Assembly (NCBI RefSeq): GCF_006345805.1
Contig: NC_043022.1
Location: 5,952,001-6,016,000, forward strand
Direction of reading: 5' to 3'
Length of the DNA: 64,000 bases
From: Octopus sinensis
Lineage: Eukaryota
The notes under the pieces were generated by a model, which was not told the origin of the DNA, did no database searches, and saw only the letters and a program-made list of their open reading frames with translations. This document shows, one piece after another, positions 37,612-50,171 of this stretch. How positions within the stretch are numbered: the first letter of the stretch is position 1; each line of letters starts with the position of its first letter. Both the position numbers and the translations under genes were made by a program.

Positions 37612-38375
37612 TAGAGTCATGGCTGGGTGGTTAAGAAGTTCTCTGGTCTGTGGTTCAGCCCCACTTTGCTTTGGACTCGTATATCTTTTGCTATGGCTCC
37701 TAGCTGACCAATGCCTTGTGATTATATTTGGTTGATGGAAACTGCATAAAGCCTAGTGAGTGAATGAATGTGTGTGGGTGGGTGGGTGGGGGGTGTTTGC
37801 CTTTCACCACATGACAACTAATGTGGGTTTGTTTACATCCCCATAACTTAGCAGTTTGTCAAAGAGGGCCGATAAATTAAGTGCCTGACTTAAGATTAGT
37901 GGGGGTCGATCCGATCAACTAAAAAGCTCCTTCGAAGCAGTGCTCCAGCCTGGTCACAGCCCAGTGACTGAAACATGTAAAAGAATAAAAATAAAATACA
38001 AATGTATAGGTGAAGGCATGGCTGTGTGGTAAGAAGCTTGATTCCCAACCACATGGTCCTGGGTTCAGTCCCACAGCAAGGCATCTTGGGTAGTTGTCTT
38101 CTACTATAGCCTTGGGAGTGGATCTGGTGGACGGAAACTAAAAGAAGCCTGCCATATGTGTGTGTGTGTGTGTGTTTGTCTTCTATCACTGCTTGGCAAC
38201 AGGTGTCGGTGCATTTATGTCCCTGCAACTTAGCAGTTCAGCAACAGAGACTGATAAAATAAGTACCAGGTTAAAAAAATTAAGTCCTGGGGTTGATGTA
38301 TTTGACTAAAAATTCTCCAAGGTGGTGCCCCAGCATGGCCACAGTCTAATAATTGAAACACGTAAAAGATACAAG
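37612..38375 (+). mobile_element. Two tandem diverged SINE family C copies (37612-37995, 38007-38375)
   Basis: Head-to-tail head/body/tail matches. Confidence 0.8.
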
Positions 38376-39292
38376 ATCCCCCCCACACACACACACACAG
38401 ATATATGCATGCCTGAATGGCTCACAACAGCATGCTCCAAATACAAACACACACACACACACACTCCTGCAAGTCTGCGTCAAGTTGCTGTGAGGTTGCT
38501 ATTGCCGTTGGCATAACATTGTCTTCGAACGTAACTTGTGTTATTTGCAATGAGAAAGCTATATTAAGACACTCACACGGCCTAAAATTAATTTTCCATT
38601 TTATTTGTATTTCTGTGTGAATTTATTTAATCTGTTATAAATATTGGTTTCTATGGAAACCAATAAAATTCTGACCAATGAAATATGCAAAATAAATGCA
38701 CAACCATTTTTTCTTCCTCTCCTTCTGACCTTTTGTTCTTGGCACCACAAACCATTTTGTTATTTTGTTTCTAATAAGCCAACATAATTAAGATTATCAC
38801 ACTCTAATAATTAGAGGAACTGCTGGATAAAGGAATGGGGTTTTTGGGGTTTTTTTTTGTTTTTTTGTATCACTTGATGAATCATATCTCAACATGGATG
38901 CCTGTCCCAGTTCAGATCTGTGCAAATTCCATTTCATTGTTATTGAATAATTCCTGGAACTGGTAACAGCTCTAAAACAATTGGTGTTCATTTCTGAGAA
39001 AGACATGGTGCCTGTATCTATTGTTTCAGTTTTTAGTGCAGGATATTTGTTACAAGAATGGTTGTTTGTACTTGAGCTGTGGTGCCGGAAGGAGAGAAAG
39101 ACAGAAGGCTGAGAGTGGTGAAAATTGCAGTTTGGATATGAGCTCTGAGAGACTTTAATGGCCTGGTTTTCATTCCTAGTAAACTATCTCACATCAAATA
39201 CCCTTTAAAGTAATGATTTCCAACTGGGGTCCAAATAGCCCTTTAGGAGGTCCACTTAATAAATTGGCTACACTTCCACAGTACAGAATAGG

Positions 39293-39880
39293 TTAACCCT
39301 TTAGCATTCAGATTTCTCCATCAAATGTAATCCTTATTCATTCACATTGTTTTGAACTAATCATAGATTATCTCTTAGCTGTGAAAGACTTTAATAATTT
39401 CACTCTCTCTCTTTTACTCTTTTACTTGTTTCAGTCATTTGATTGCGGCCATGCTGGAGCACCGCCTTTAATCGAGCAACTTGACCCCGGGACTTATTCT
39501 TTTGTAAGCCCAGTACTTATTTTATCGGTCTCTTTTGCCGAACCGCTAAGTAACGGGGACATAAACACACCAGCATCGGTTGTCAAGCAATGCTAGGGGG
39601 ACAAACACATACACACACATATATATATATACATATATACGACGGGCTTCTTTCAGTTTCCGTCTACCAAATCCACTCACAAGGCTTTGGTCGGCCCGAG
39701 GCTATAGTAGAAGACACTTGCCCAAGGTGCCACGCAGTGGGACTGAACCCGGAACCATGTGGTTGGTTAGCAAGCTACTTACCACACAGCCACTCCTGCA
39801 CCTATTTATTTTTAGAATGACATTGTAGGGTAAGTGTGAGAGGCCAGATCTGACCAATTTGAATGTAAACCAGGAAGAAT
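39293..39880. mobile_element. piggyBac-like MITE (TTAACCCTTTAG family) interrupted by a SINE
   Basis: Starts TTAACCCTTTAGCATTC; resumes after the SINE; matches 39902-40133. Confidence 0.7.
39401..39804 (-). mobile_element. SINE family C
   Basis: Full-length reverse-complement match. Confidence 0.9.
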
Positions 39881-39901
39881 ATATGAGCCACATACGGTCG
39901 A

Positions 39902-40133
39902 TTCAACCCTTTAGCATTCAGGTTACTCTGTCAAACGAAATTCTTTTTTATTCCCATTGTTTTGAATTAATCATGGATTATCTCGTAGCTTTGAGATTTC
40001 AGTGATGTGTTTGTCTATTTTTAGAATGACATTACAAGGTTGGTGGGAGAGGGCAAATCTGGCCAGTTTGCATATGCAAAACAGGCAGAATATTTTGGGC
40101 CAGATGTGGCTGGTTTAAATGCTGAATGGTTAA
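39902..40133. mobile_element. piggyBac-like MITE
   Basis: AACCCTTTAGCATTCAG ... GCTGAATGGTTAA. Confidence 0.7.
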
Positions 40134-41331
40134 ATTTTTTAATACAATATCTTGTCAAATTTAGTAATAATAACATAAAATGATTTTTGAAAGCTCAAAT
40201 GGTTAGGAAGATACAACCAAGTAAAATAGAAATCAAAATAGGTCCGTGGATAAAAATAGGAACCAAAGGAGTTCATGGATGAAAAAAATAAGGAGAAACA
40301 CTGCTTTAAAGGATCATCTGGGACCGTTTAAAGGATCATCTAGGACCCTTTAGAGTGCACAGTTCTTTTGGTCGAAAGATTTCTGTGAATTACCTAAATC
40401 AGTGGGGTGGAAAGTTCGGGGGGTGGGTGCATTGAAGAAAAGTGGGGCAATAATGGAGAAGCTATTCATGTAAAAACAACAAAATAATGGGTTGATTAGG
40501 TAAAGCTTTATTTGTTAAATGCAGTTGCTTTGAATTTGTTTCAGAAAGAGGTCAGTGTTTGCGGTGGTTAGTTGGGGTGAGGGCACTAGGAATGTGGCCT
40601 GGGTATCAAGGGGACAGCAGCCTGAAAAAGTTTGGGAACCACTGACTTAAATCATAATATTTTGTCTTTGCAACATCACTGCCAACACCACCACCGCTGC
40701 TGCCATCAATTTTTGTTAGTCAACTTGCTAGAAATAGCAGTCGAATATCCCTCAAATCAGACTCTAGAAGGAGACATATGTATGATGTAGTCTTGCAGGT
40801 CAAATAGTCATATGGACACCTCTTTCTTGAAGTGTTTCTAACTGGAAACAGAACTACTGGGTGGGGTTGGGGGTGGGGGAAATGAAGAGACTTCAGTGGC
40901 CCCTGCATAATGGGTTATTGTCTTTCATGTGGAAAGAATTAAGTCTCATATCAAAGCCAGAAGCAGTGCCTTCATCATCATCATCATTTTGTGGCTTTTT
41001 TCCCCCTTCTATGTTTGCATATGTTGGACAGCATTTGTGGAAACGGTATTCTAAAGCCAGACGCTCATCACTGGTGGTAGTCACTTCTTCCTTGTTTTCC
41101 AAGTAAGCTACTTCATTTCATATCCTCACACCCGGATCTGTTGCCAAAATGGTGCCAAAGACACACGGAGACACACACACACACACACACATTCCATGGA
41201 CTTCCATATAGTCTTTGTCTGCCAAATTCCACTCACAAAGCATTAAACTTAACACTTGCTGCTGAGGTGTCATATCTAAGTATTGAACCTGGAGTCATGT
41301 GGCTACAAATGAAACATAACGCCTGCACTTG

Positions 41332-41361
<30 letters not shown>

Positions 41362-41362
<1 letters not shown>

Positions 41363-41650
41363 CATCATCATCATCATCATCATTGTTGTTGTTTAACGTC
41401 CACTTTCCTTGCTGGCATGGGTTGGATGGTTTGACTGAGGACTGGCAAGCCAGTAGGTTGCACCAGGCTCCAGTCTGGTCTGGCAAGGTTTCTACAGCTG
41501 GATGCCCTTCTTAATACCAACCACTCCGAGAATGTAGTGGGTGCTTTTTACGTGCTACTGGCATGAGGGCCAGTCAGGCGACTCTGGCAACAACCACACT
41601 CGAATGTTATTTTTCACGTGCCACCGGCAAATATGCCAGTAAGGTGACGC
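41362..41650 (-). mobile_element. Family B element
   Basis: Core match. Confidence 0.8.
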
Positions 41651-41814
41651 TTGCACATCAGAGACAAGGTATGAATAGTTTAGAGAAGGAAAATTTACAG
41701 TTTACAAGGAATAAAATTCACAGTTTATAAGGAATAAAATAGAAGAATAAAGTGGCAAAAGTAGTAAGAAGAATAGAAGCAGGAGAATAATGTTCACAAC
41801 TTATCTTTTTCCAG

Positions 41815-41861
<47 letters not shown>

Positions 41862-42093
41862 TCCCTAGGTTTCTTACCAAAAAATCTAATGCTCTTAGCT
41901 TAGACTTTTTGGGGGGCAACCAGATCGAACTCTCTCAAGTGTAACTGCCCAAAACAGTAAGGACTTCTGGTAACTTGACTGAGGAAAGAAGGCCATGAAC
42001 GATCCAGCTTTCTTTTGCTTATCTTTCTAATTGTCAGAATAATTTTTGTCCTCTATTATTACATTTTTGTTCCATTTTATATATACATATATA

Positions 42094-42140
<47 letters not shown>

Positions 42141-42754
42141 ATATATATATAGGATAGATAGATAGATAGATATGGATATACACACACACACATACGTACA
42201 CATGTACACGTATGTATATACTTGTGTGTGTATGTATGCATGTCTGTATAAGTAAATGAGTGAGGTTAATGACATCCAAAACAGATGTTTTAGTCTCGTA
42301 TCAGCTCAAACTGTTCAAGACAAGTCGACTATTTTACATCCCTTTTGAGTTCATAAAGTAAATCTCAGGAAATTGAAGTTGCTCCACTTGTCTCTTCTGC
42401 CTCCCCCTTTTCCTCTTCTTACCTCAAACTCTTCGTTATATTATTTAACAGATTGGATAATTTGGCATTAATGAAGCCAGATGTGAAATAAGTATTGACT
42501 TTTGGAATTGAGGAAATCATTCCAATTTCCTTTAACTTCTGTGATTCCATCTCACTCATGTTTCGGGTAGATCTGAAGTAGGTTTACCTAAAGCTGAGTG
42601 GCCTACATTTTCCTAGTTCCCTCTCTGTTTATGTGGTCCAGTTTTAGCTAAATTAGGTCCAGTTTTGAACCTGAACTCTTAAAATGTGGTAAAACTCTTG
42701 GAATCTAAGGAATCTGAAAATGATGGTCTGCTTTGGTAGCAACTGTTGAGATCC

Positions 42755-43170
42755 TTGGCTTAGTGGTTAGGGTGTTGGTCTCATAATCATAACATTGTGA
42801 TTTCAATTCCTACCATTGCTAGAGTGTGTGCCACCCGGGGTAGCCCTTCAGTTTACCACCCCCAGATCTCCATAGAAAATGCATATTGCCTACAGCAGAC
42901 CCAAAAGTCCTGCCATTCCCATAAAAGTGCCACCCAGGGTGGAATACCTCCTCCACCACCACACCCTCTAGCTACACTAGTGCTTTCAATTCCTGGATCA
43001 GGTAGTGTATTGTGTCCTTGAGCAAAACCCTTCATTTCACATTGTTCCAGTCCACTCAACTGGCAAAAGGGAGTCATCCTAAGAGGGACTAGCATCCTAT
43101 CCAGGTGGGGAATTTATACGCCGTGAAACCAAGAACCTGGTCCTCATGAGTCGGCATAACTCAAGGAGGT
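42755..43170 (+). mobile_element. SINE family D with a 172-bp insertion (42812-42983)
   Basis: Head interrupted in the B-box; TTTCAATTCCT duplicated at 42801-42811 and 42984-42994. Confidence 0.7.
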
Positions 43171-43194
43171 AATTTTACTTCTACTGTAGAGTTA

Positions 43195-43400
43195 CATGGC
43201 TTAGTGGTTAGGGATGTTGGACTCATGATCATGAGATTGTGGTTTCAATTCCTGGACTGGGCGACACATTGTGTTCTTGAGCAAAACACTTCATTTCACG
43301 TTGCCCCAGTCTACTCAGCTGGCAAAAATGAGTAATCTTGCAATAGACTGGCATCCTCTCATGGATAGGGGTGCGGGGTGGGGGGAGTATATGCATGACA
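43195..43400 (+). mobile_element. SINE family D
   Basis: Head and body match. Confidence 0.8.
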
Positions 43401-43689
43401 GAAACCTGAAACCTGGTGTTCTGAGACTCTTTGACTTCAGAAGGATCTTGGCAGGAACTGGTTCATTTTTATAAAATCTCTTCCTTATCCTTCTATAGAA
43501 TACTATTATCACATTTGGGTTGCTGTCCCTTCTGGCATTCTTTGTCTGAAGCCCAAAAGCAAGTCCCTGTTTTGGCAGCCAGGCTTCGGATCACCCCCAC
43601 CCACCCATCCACTCGCATCCCTGGGGTTTTTCTTCTTCATTTCCGTCATATAAATACTTCCATGGTCGTTGTAACATTTCTTCTCGTTG

Positions 43690-43884
43690 TGCAGGTGGCA
43701 CGTAAAAAGCACCCACTACACTCACGGAGTGGTTGGCGTTAGGAAGGGCATCCAGCTGTAGAAACATTGCCAGATCTGACTGGCCTGGTGCAGCCTTCGG
43801 GCTTCCCAGACCCTAGTTGAACCGTCCAACCCATGCTAGCATGGAAAACGGACGTTAAACGATGATGATGATGATGATGATGAT
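43690..43884 (+). mobile_element. Family B element
   Basis: Core plus (GAT)n tail. Confidence 0.88.
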
Positions 43885-44189
43885 AAGCTTCGCTAATCTA
43901 CAAATCCAACTTTCTAGTAATGAAATATGACATGGTGGTCGTTGCTGGATTATCTTTGATCAGAGGTCTGTGCAAGCAGGGCTGACCTGGGGCTGAAATA
44001 ACAACAACAACAATAATCTATGCCAGCAAGAAGAACAAACATTACAAAATAGTGTCTCTAATGTTTGTTTTTCTTGGTGGCATAGATTGTTGTTGATGTT
44101 GTTATTGTTGTTGCTTAGCCCAGGGTCAGCCATGAAGGAGCAGATTCATGGAGAGAAAGGCGATGATGGGAGTTGATAGGATTGAAGAG

Positions 44190-44680
44190 GGTGGAGGTAG
44201 TGGTGATGGTGGTAGTGGTTGTGGTGGTGGTGGTGGTGGTTGTATGATGGTGGTGGTGTGATGGTAGTGGTGGTGGTGGTTGTATGATGGTGGTGGTGTG
44301 ATGGTAGTGGTGGTGGTGGTGGTTGTATGATGGTGGTGGTGTGATGGTAGTGGTGGTGGCGGTTGTATGATGGTGGTGGTGTGATGGTAGTTGTGGTGGT
44401 TGTATGATGGTGGTGGTGGTGGTGGTTGTATGATGGTGGTGGTGTGATGGTAGTGGTGGTGGTGGTTGTATGATGGTGATGGTGTGGTGGTGGTGGTGGT
44501 TGTATGATGGTGGTGGTGGTTGTATGATGGTAGTGGTGGTGGTATGGTTGTGGTGTTGGTGGTATGATGGTGGTTGTGGTGGTGGTGGTGGTGGTGGTGA
44601 CGCCAGCAACAATGGTGATGATGATGATAGTAGTGGTGTTTTTTATGATGATGATGATGATGATGATAACAATATGGGGG
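44190..44680. repeat. Minisatellite of about 33-39 bp (GGT)nTGTATGATGGTGGTGGTGTGATGGTA in GGT/GAT tract
   Basis: About 7 recurrences of GGTTGTATGATGGTGG. Confidence 0.9.
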
Positions 44681-45516
44681 TAGTGCTGAAAAAAAAAGAC
44701 CCCCCCCCCCCGCCCGCGCTCTGCCCAATGTTTATGTGATGTGAACTTAAACAATGGCCCTGAAGATTGATTATAACAATCTGCTGTGGTATGTCAAAAA
44801 AAAAGCACAAAAACAAAAACAAAACAACAGTAACCAAAAATACAAGCAACAAAAATGCTTCTGGACAATAGAATCCCAACAACAACAACAGCAACAACAA
44901 CAGCAACAACAGAAATAATGGTCTTTGTTCATTTATTTCTTTTTCTTTCCTGTTCCTTAAAGCCTTTATAGTGTTTTTGAACAGGAAATGAGAGGTTGTG
45001 ACATTGATGCCTTTAGTTAAGAGTATATTGAAGCGGGGGGGGGGAGATTAAAAATAGGACGGCGGGGCGGGGGGGGAGTGACTAAAGTACTAAACCCATC
45101 CCCGGTGGCAGGGTGGAGGGTGGGGTGGGGTGGGGCAAGAGTACAGTGGGGGTGGAGGTCGGAGGGTGGAATCAATGAGCTGCACTCTCTTTTTTCTTCC
45201 GCTGATGGCTTCTTTTAAAAGAAAATAAAAGAACTAAAAACACAAAAAAAAAAAATTTAAATAAAAGAACTAAAAAGACAAAAAAAATATTTTAAAATAA
45301 AAGAACTAAAAAGACAAAAAAAAGCAGGAGAAAAAAATCTCAGTAAAACTGATCATTGTTTATTGAACATGTTACATGTTGTAAGGGAGGAGAGAGGGGT
45401 GGTGGAGGCTGGGGTGGGGTGGTGGAGGGTGGTGGTGGTGGTGGCTTATTGATTTTTTCTGTTGGCTGGTCTTACTTAAAAACAACTGTGCTATTGTTTG
45501 GATCGGTCTAACTGGT

Positions 45517-45820
45517 GTTGCCATAGTAACCATTGATAGTGTTCCGGTACTTCCATACACCCTTACCCCACCCTCCTCAGCTGCTTTCACCATAGTAACG
45601 AGGTGGGGTGGGTGATTTAGTGGTCGCACTGTTGTTACTATGGTAACCAGAGCAATTGTGCATCGGCGTCGGGTTATCGTTGCCATAGTAACTCTTGACA
45701 AAGTCTAATAGTTCAGCAGTTGTTACCATAGTAACCAGTGGCAGTATTTAGTGGTCTGTTGTTACCATCGTAACCAGTGCTATTGCCCATTCGCTTCCCC
45801 ACTGTTGTTACCATAGTAAC
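45517..45820. promoter_or_regulatory. Homotypic cluster of 7 RFX X-box palindromes
   Basis: GTTGCCATAGTAAC 45517 and 45679; TTCACCATAGTAAC 45586; GTTACTATGGTAAC 45634; GTTACCATAGTAAC 45722 and 45807; GTTACCATCGTAAC 45761. Confidence 0.7.
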
Positions 45821-46106
45821 CGGGAACAGCCTTTCCTTGTTAAATCTACACTAAATGTAATGAGCCAAGACATTTTTTTCTTTTAATTGAGCCAAATTAC
45901 ATCAGTGGTAATAAATAATTCTTGTTAAGAAAGGCAAGGGAGATAACCCCAGGATTTGAATTAATTAAAAATACAAAGACATGGGGAATAAGTGTAAACT
46001 TTGAAGTAACATGGGGACAACTCCAAATTTATTTCCTAATCTTTACTGATGGCAAAGAAATTCGATTATGTGTGTGTGTGTGTTGTGTGTGTGTGTGTGT
46101 TTCTGT

Positions 46107-46380
46107 TATCTTTCACTTGTTTCAATCATTGGACAGCAGCCATGCTGGGTCACATGAGGGTTTAGTCAGACTCAGTACCAATTTTTAAGTTTGGTACTTA
46201 TTCTATTGGAATCTATAGCCAAATCACTAAGTTTTGGAGACAGAAACAAACCAACGCTCACAAGGCTTTGGCCAGCATGAGGCTATAATGGAAGATACTT
46301 ACCCAAGGTACCACACAGTGGGACTGAACCTGGAACCATGTGGTTGGGAAGCAAGCTTCTTACACACAGCTGTGCCTGCA
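46107..46380 (-). mobile_element. SINE family C (diverged, internally deleted)
   Basis: Tail and head match. Confidence 0.7.
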
Positions 46381-46392
46381 CACACACACATA

Positions 46393-46622
46393 TATGAGGG
46401 GGTGCTGAAAAGTTCTGGTTTTGGGTTAAAGAAACTACAGGAACATCAGGTAATTAATCAGTTAATTATTCAATAGTTAATTATTCCCCTTCCAGATTCA
46501 CACACATATTGCAGTGGTCCTTCAGTTTTTCAAAGCCCTGTAAAAGAACTCGGGAGGTTGGGCCTCCAACCAGGCCTTTTGCAATACCCTTAAAACCAGG
46601 AAATTTTCAGCAACCCCTCATA
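46393..46622 (-). mobile_element. Tc1/mariner MITE
   Basis: TA-TGAGGGGGTGCTGAAAAGTTC ... GAAATTTTCAGCAACCCCTCA-TA; interior reversed relative to 9987. Confidence 0.85.
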
Positions 46623-46668
46623 TATGTATATATATAAATGTGTATATATATATATATATATAATATAT

Positions 46669-46700
<32 letters not shown>

Positions 46701-46718
46701 ATATATATATATATATAT

Positions 46719-47125
46719 ACTCTTTTTTACTCTTTTACTTGTTTCAGTCATTTGACTGCGGCCATACTGGAGCACCGCCTTTAATCAAGCAACTCAACCC
46801 CGGGACTTACTCATTGTAAGCCCAGTACTTATTCTATCGGTCTCTTTTGCCGAACCGCTAAGTGACGGGGACATAAACACACCAGCATCGGTTGTCAAGC
46901 AATGTTGGGGAGACAAACACAGACACACAAACACACACATGTATATATATATACATATATACGACGGGCTTCTTTCAGTTTCCATCTACCAAATCCACTC
47001 ACAAGGCTTTGGTCGGCCCAAGGCTATAGCAGAAGACACTTGCCCAAGATGCCACGCTGTGGGACTGAACCCGGAACCATGTGGTTGGTAAGCAGCTACT
47101 TACCACACAGCCACTCCTACGCCTA
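46719..47125 (-). mobile_element. SINE family C
   Basis: Full-length match. Confidence 0.9.
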
Positions 47126-47639
47126 TATATATATATATATATACATACACATACATATATATATATGTTTGTGTGTGTATATATACACACACTTTGTACG
47201 CAAGTTTTATGTCTATGTTAGCAACAGTTATCAAAGACAGTAGCAGCAGCAGCTGAAGCAGCAGTAGCGGCCATGTTATCATCATCATCATCAGCAACAG
47301 CAGCAAGAGAAACAGGTGTAGTGGAGACAAGATCAGTGTTAGAAGCTGTACAAACATCAGATTCGCAGAATCCCTGGTTCATTATCTTTTACAATCTTCA
47401 TCTCGATCATCTCCAACTTCCTGACAGATTCCCTACAAAAACCCGATTCCTTTGCTTCTCCTTGCAGATACCCACCCTCGTCCCCGTTCTATAAAAGCCA
47501 GGTGATGGTCGTTTAAGATGAGATTTTTCACAGCTCAACTTACTAAACTGTTCAACAGATTAAGGGATTTCCAGGGGATTGCTGAGATTTCCTGGCTTTT
47601 CTTGTGTCATATTGGCTTTTTGGTAAACAAAGAACCGTA

Positions 47640-47722
47640 TACATATTCATACACACATGCATACATATATATACACATATACATACATATACATGCACGT
47701 GTACATATACACACACACAAAC

Positions 47723-47758
<36 letters not shown>

Positions 47759-47774
47759 GTGTATATGTATATAT

Positions 47775-47823
<49 letters not shown>

Positions 47824-47870
47824 GTACAAGTACATATATACATGCACTCACATATGCACATAAATGTATA

Positions 47871-47910
<40 letters not shown>

Positions 47911-47975
47911 ATGTATGTATATACATATATATTATGAATGTATATACATGTGTATGTATGTGCGTGTGTGTGTGT
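47640..47975. repeat. Compound (TA)n/(CA)n microsatellite
   Basis: Directly visible. Confidence 0.95.
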
Positions 47976-48221
47976 GAAATATTCTTCATAAGATTCTATC
48001 AACTCCAAACTTGTTGTATCTCATCTTTAGATAACCGAAAGTGTGGAGGTGAGAAACGGTGGGAGATGATATGATAGAATCAAAGAAATTCTTCTGTTCT
48101 CTGCTATGGAGACAGCGGCATAAAGGGCGGCAAACAAAAAGCCCACCAAAATCTTGATAGCCCTCTTTATTACTTATTATCTGAAACTGCCTTTAAATTG
48201 TATAATAAAGATATCTGGTAG

Positions 48222-48557
48222 AGGCGCATGGCTCAGTGGTTAGAGCGTCGAGCTTACGATCGTGAGGTTGTGAGCTCGAATCCTGGACCGGGCTGCGTGT
48301 TGTGTTCTTGAGCAAGGCACTTTATTTCACGTTGCTCCAGTTCACTCAGCTGTAGAAATGAGTTGCGACGTCACAGGTGCCAAGCTGTATCGACCTTTGT
48401 CTTTCCCTTGGATAACACTGGTGGCGTGGAGAGGGGAGGCTGGTATGCATGGGCGACTGCTGGCCTTCCATAAACAACCTTGCCCGGACTTGTGTCTAGG
48501 AGGGTAACTTTCTAGGTGCAATCCCATGGTCATTCATGACCGAAGGGGGTCTTTACC
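48222..48557 (+). mobile_element. SINE family D, full-length
   Basis: TGGCTCAGTGG A-box, GCTCGAATCC B-box; AAAGATATCTG duplicated at 48207-48217 and 48560-48570. Confidence 0.9.
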
Positions 48558-48607
48558 CGAAAGATATCTGACAGAAATCTTAGCCATCGGATGATTTTTC
48601 TCGTCTT

Positions 48608-49235
48608 GTTTTTAACGTTTTACTTGCTTCAGTTGTTTGACTACGGCCATGCTGGGGCATTGCTTTGGAGGGGTTTGTTCAAACAAATCAACCCCAGGAC
48701 TTGTTTTTGTTTTATTCAGTTTTAAGCCTGGTACTTAACCCTTTAGCATTTAAACTGGCCATATCCGGCCAAAAGTATTCTGCTTGTTTTATGTTCAAAC
48801 TGGCCATATCTGGCCTCTCACACCAACCCTACAATATCATCTTAAAAATTAACAGCTACCTCATCAAAATCTCATAGCTACAAGATAATGCATGATTAGT
48901 TCAAAACAATGCGGATAAAAAAGGATTAATTTTGGCAGAATAATGCGAACTCTAAAGGGTTAATCTATCAGTTGCTTCTGCCTAACTGCTAGGTTACAGG
49001 GACATAAACATACCAACGCTGGTGGTCAAGCAGTGATGGGAAACAAACACACACACACACATACTCATATATATACACAATGGGCTTCCTTCTGTTTCCA
49101 TCTACGAAATCCACTCACAAGTCTTTGGTTGGCCTGCGGTTATAGTAGAAGTCACTTGCCCAAGGTGCCACACTGTGGGACTGAACCCAGAACCGTGTGG
49201 TTGGGAAATAAACTCCTTACCATGCTGCCCTGCCA
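48608..49235 (-). mobile_element. SINE family C interrupted by a piggyBac-like MITE
   Basis: SINE sequence resumes after 48963. Confidence 0.75.
48735..48963. mobile_element. piggyBac-like MITE
   Basis: TTAA-CCCTTTAG ... CTAAAGGG-TTAA. Confidence 0.85.
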
Positions 49236-49260
49236 GTGCCTATGTTAGTAAAACACTTAT

Positions 49261-49487
49261 TTAACCCTTTAGTATTTAAACCGGCCATATCCGGCCAAAA
49301 TATTCAATCTGTTTTATGTTCAAACTGACCAGATCCAGGCTCTCACACCTACCCTACAATGTTATTCTACATTAAGTAATTACACCATCAAGATCTTGAA
49401 GATATGAGATAATGCATGATTAATTCAAATCAATGGGAATCAATAAGCATTATGTTTGATAGAATAATCTGAACACTAAAGGGTTAA
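49261..49487. mobile_element. piggyBac-like MITE
   Basis: TTAA-CCCTTTAG ... CTAAAGGG-TTAA; matches 48735-48963. Confidence 0.85.
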
Positions 49488-50171
49488 AATAACCTAAATT
49501 AAAACCTCACACACCACGAATAATTGGTTCAGGGCCACGTTTTAAAGTGCAAAACCACTGCAACCTAACAATGCAGATTTGTGGAAGAAATAACATGAGA
49601 GACATGCAGACAGTTTTTGTTTCATTTCCAGATTTACATCTTTTTTTCTTCCATTTTTCTTTCTTTTGTTTTCCTGTTAAAAGAGAGTTTGATAGGTCTA
49701 CAAACTTTGACATTTAAATTGTGTTTTCTGGGCCGATTTTTTTTTTTTTTTTTTTTTTGCCAGTTCTCTTTGTCATCTGGTATGGGAACATAATTTTAAA
49801 GCTTGTCTTTCCAACGTGTCTGTTCGCTTACCCTGACATCATCTTACATTTGAGAACTCTTTTCTGAGAATGAGCTGCAATAATTAAATATTACAATTAG
49901 AAGGGTGAGTGGGGGCTTTTATCATTAATTCTACTCTACATCCTTCTCTTTCAAATGGGGAACCTAACTCAGACAAAATAGTCTCTGAAGTGGGGCTTTT
50001 TTTATGTTTTCATTGCCCTTCCTGTCACTAACCCTTACCTGTTTTTCAAGCAAGGGATTTCTTATTCCGCTCAAGTTTCAAGACATGAAGTGAATGGATG
50101 ATGCAAACTGTCTCATGTTTAAGGTTCTTGTCTTTCAAGAAAAACCTTCCATTGACGAACATTTTGTTAAC

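Larger units (their letters stand above)
39211..40303. mobile_element. hAT MITE carrying nested insertions
   Basis: Perfect 8-bp TSD CTTTAAAG at 39203-39210 and 40304-40311; ends TAATGATTTCCAAC / GGAGAAACACTG. Confidence 0.8.

Noticed and set aside
45372-45701. 109-aa ORF with repeated VTM(V/A)T
   Set aside because: The repeats are the X-box palindromes read in frame; better explained as DNA motifs
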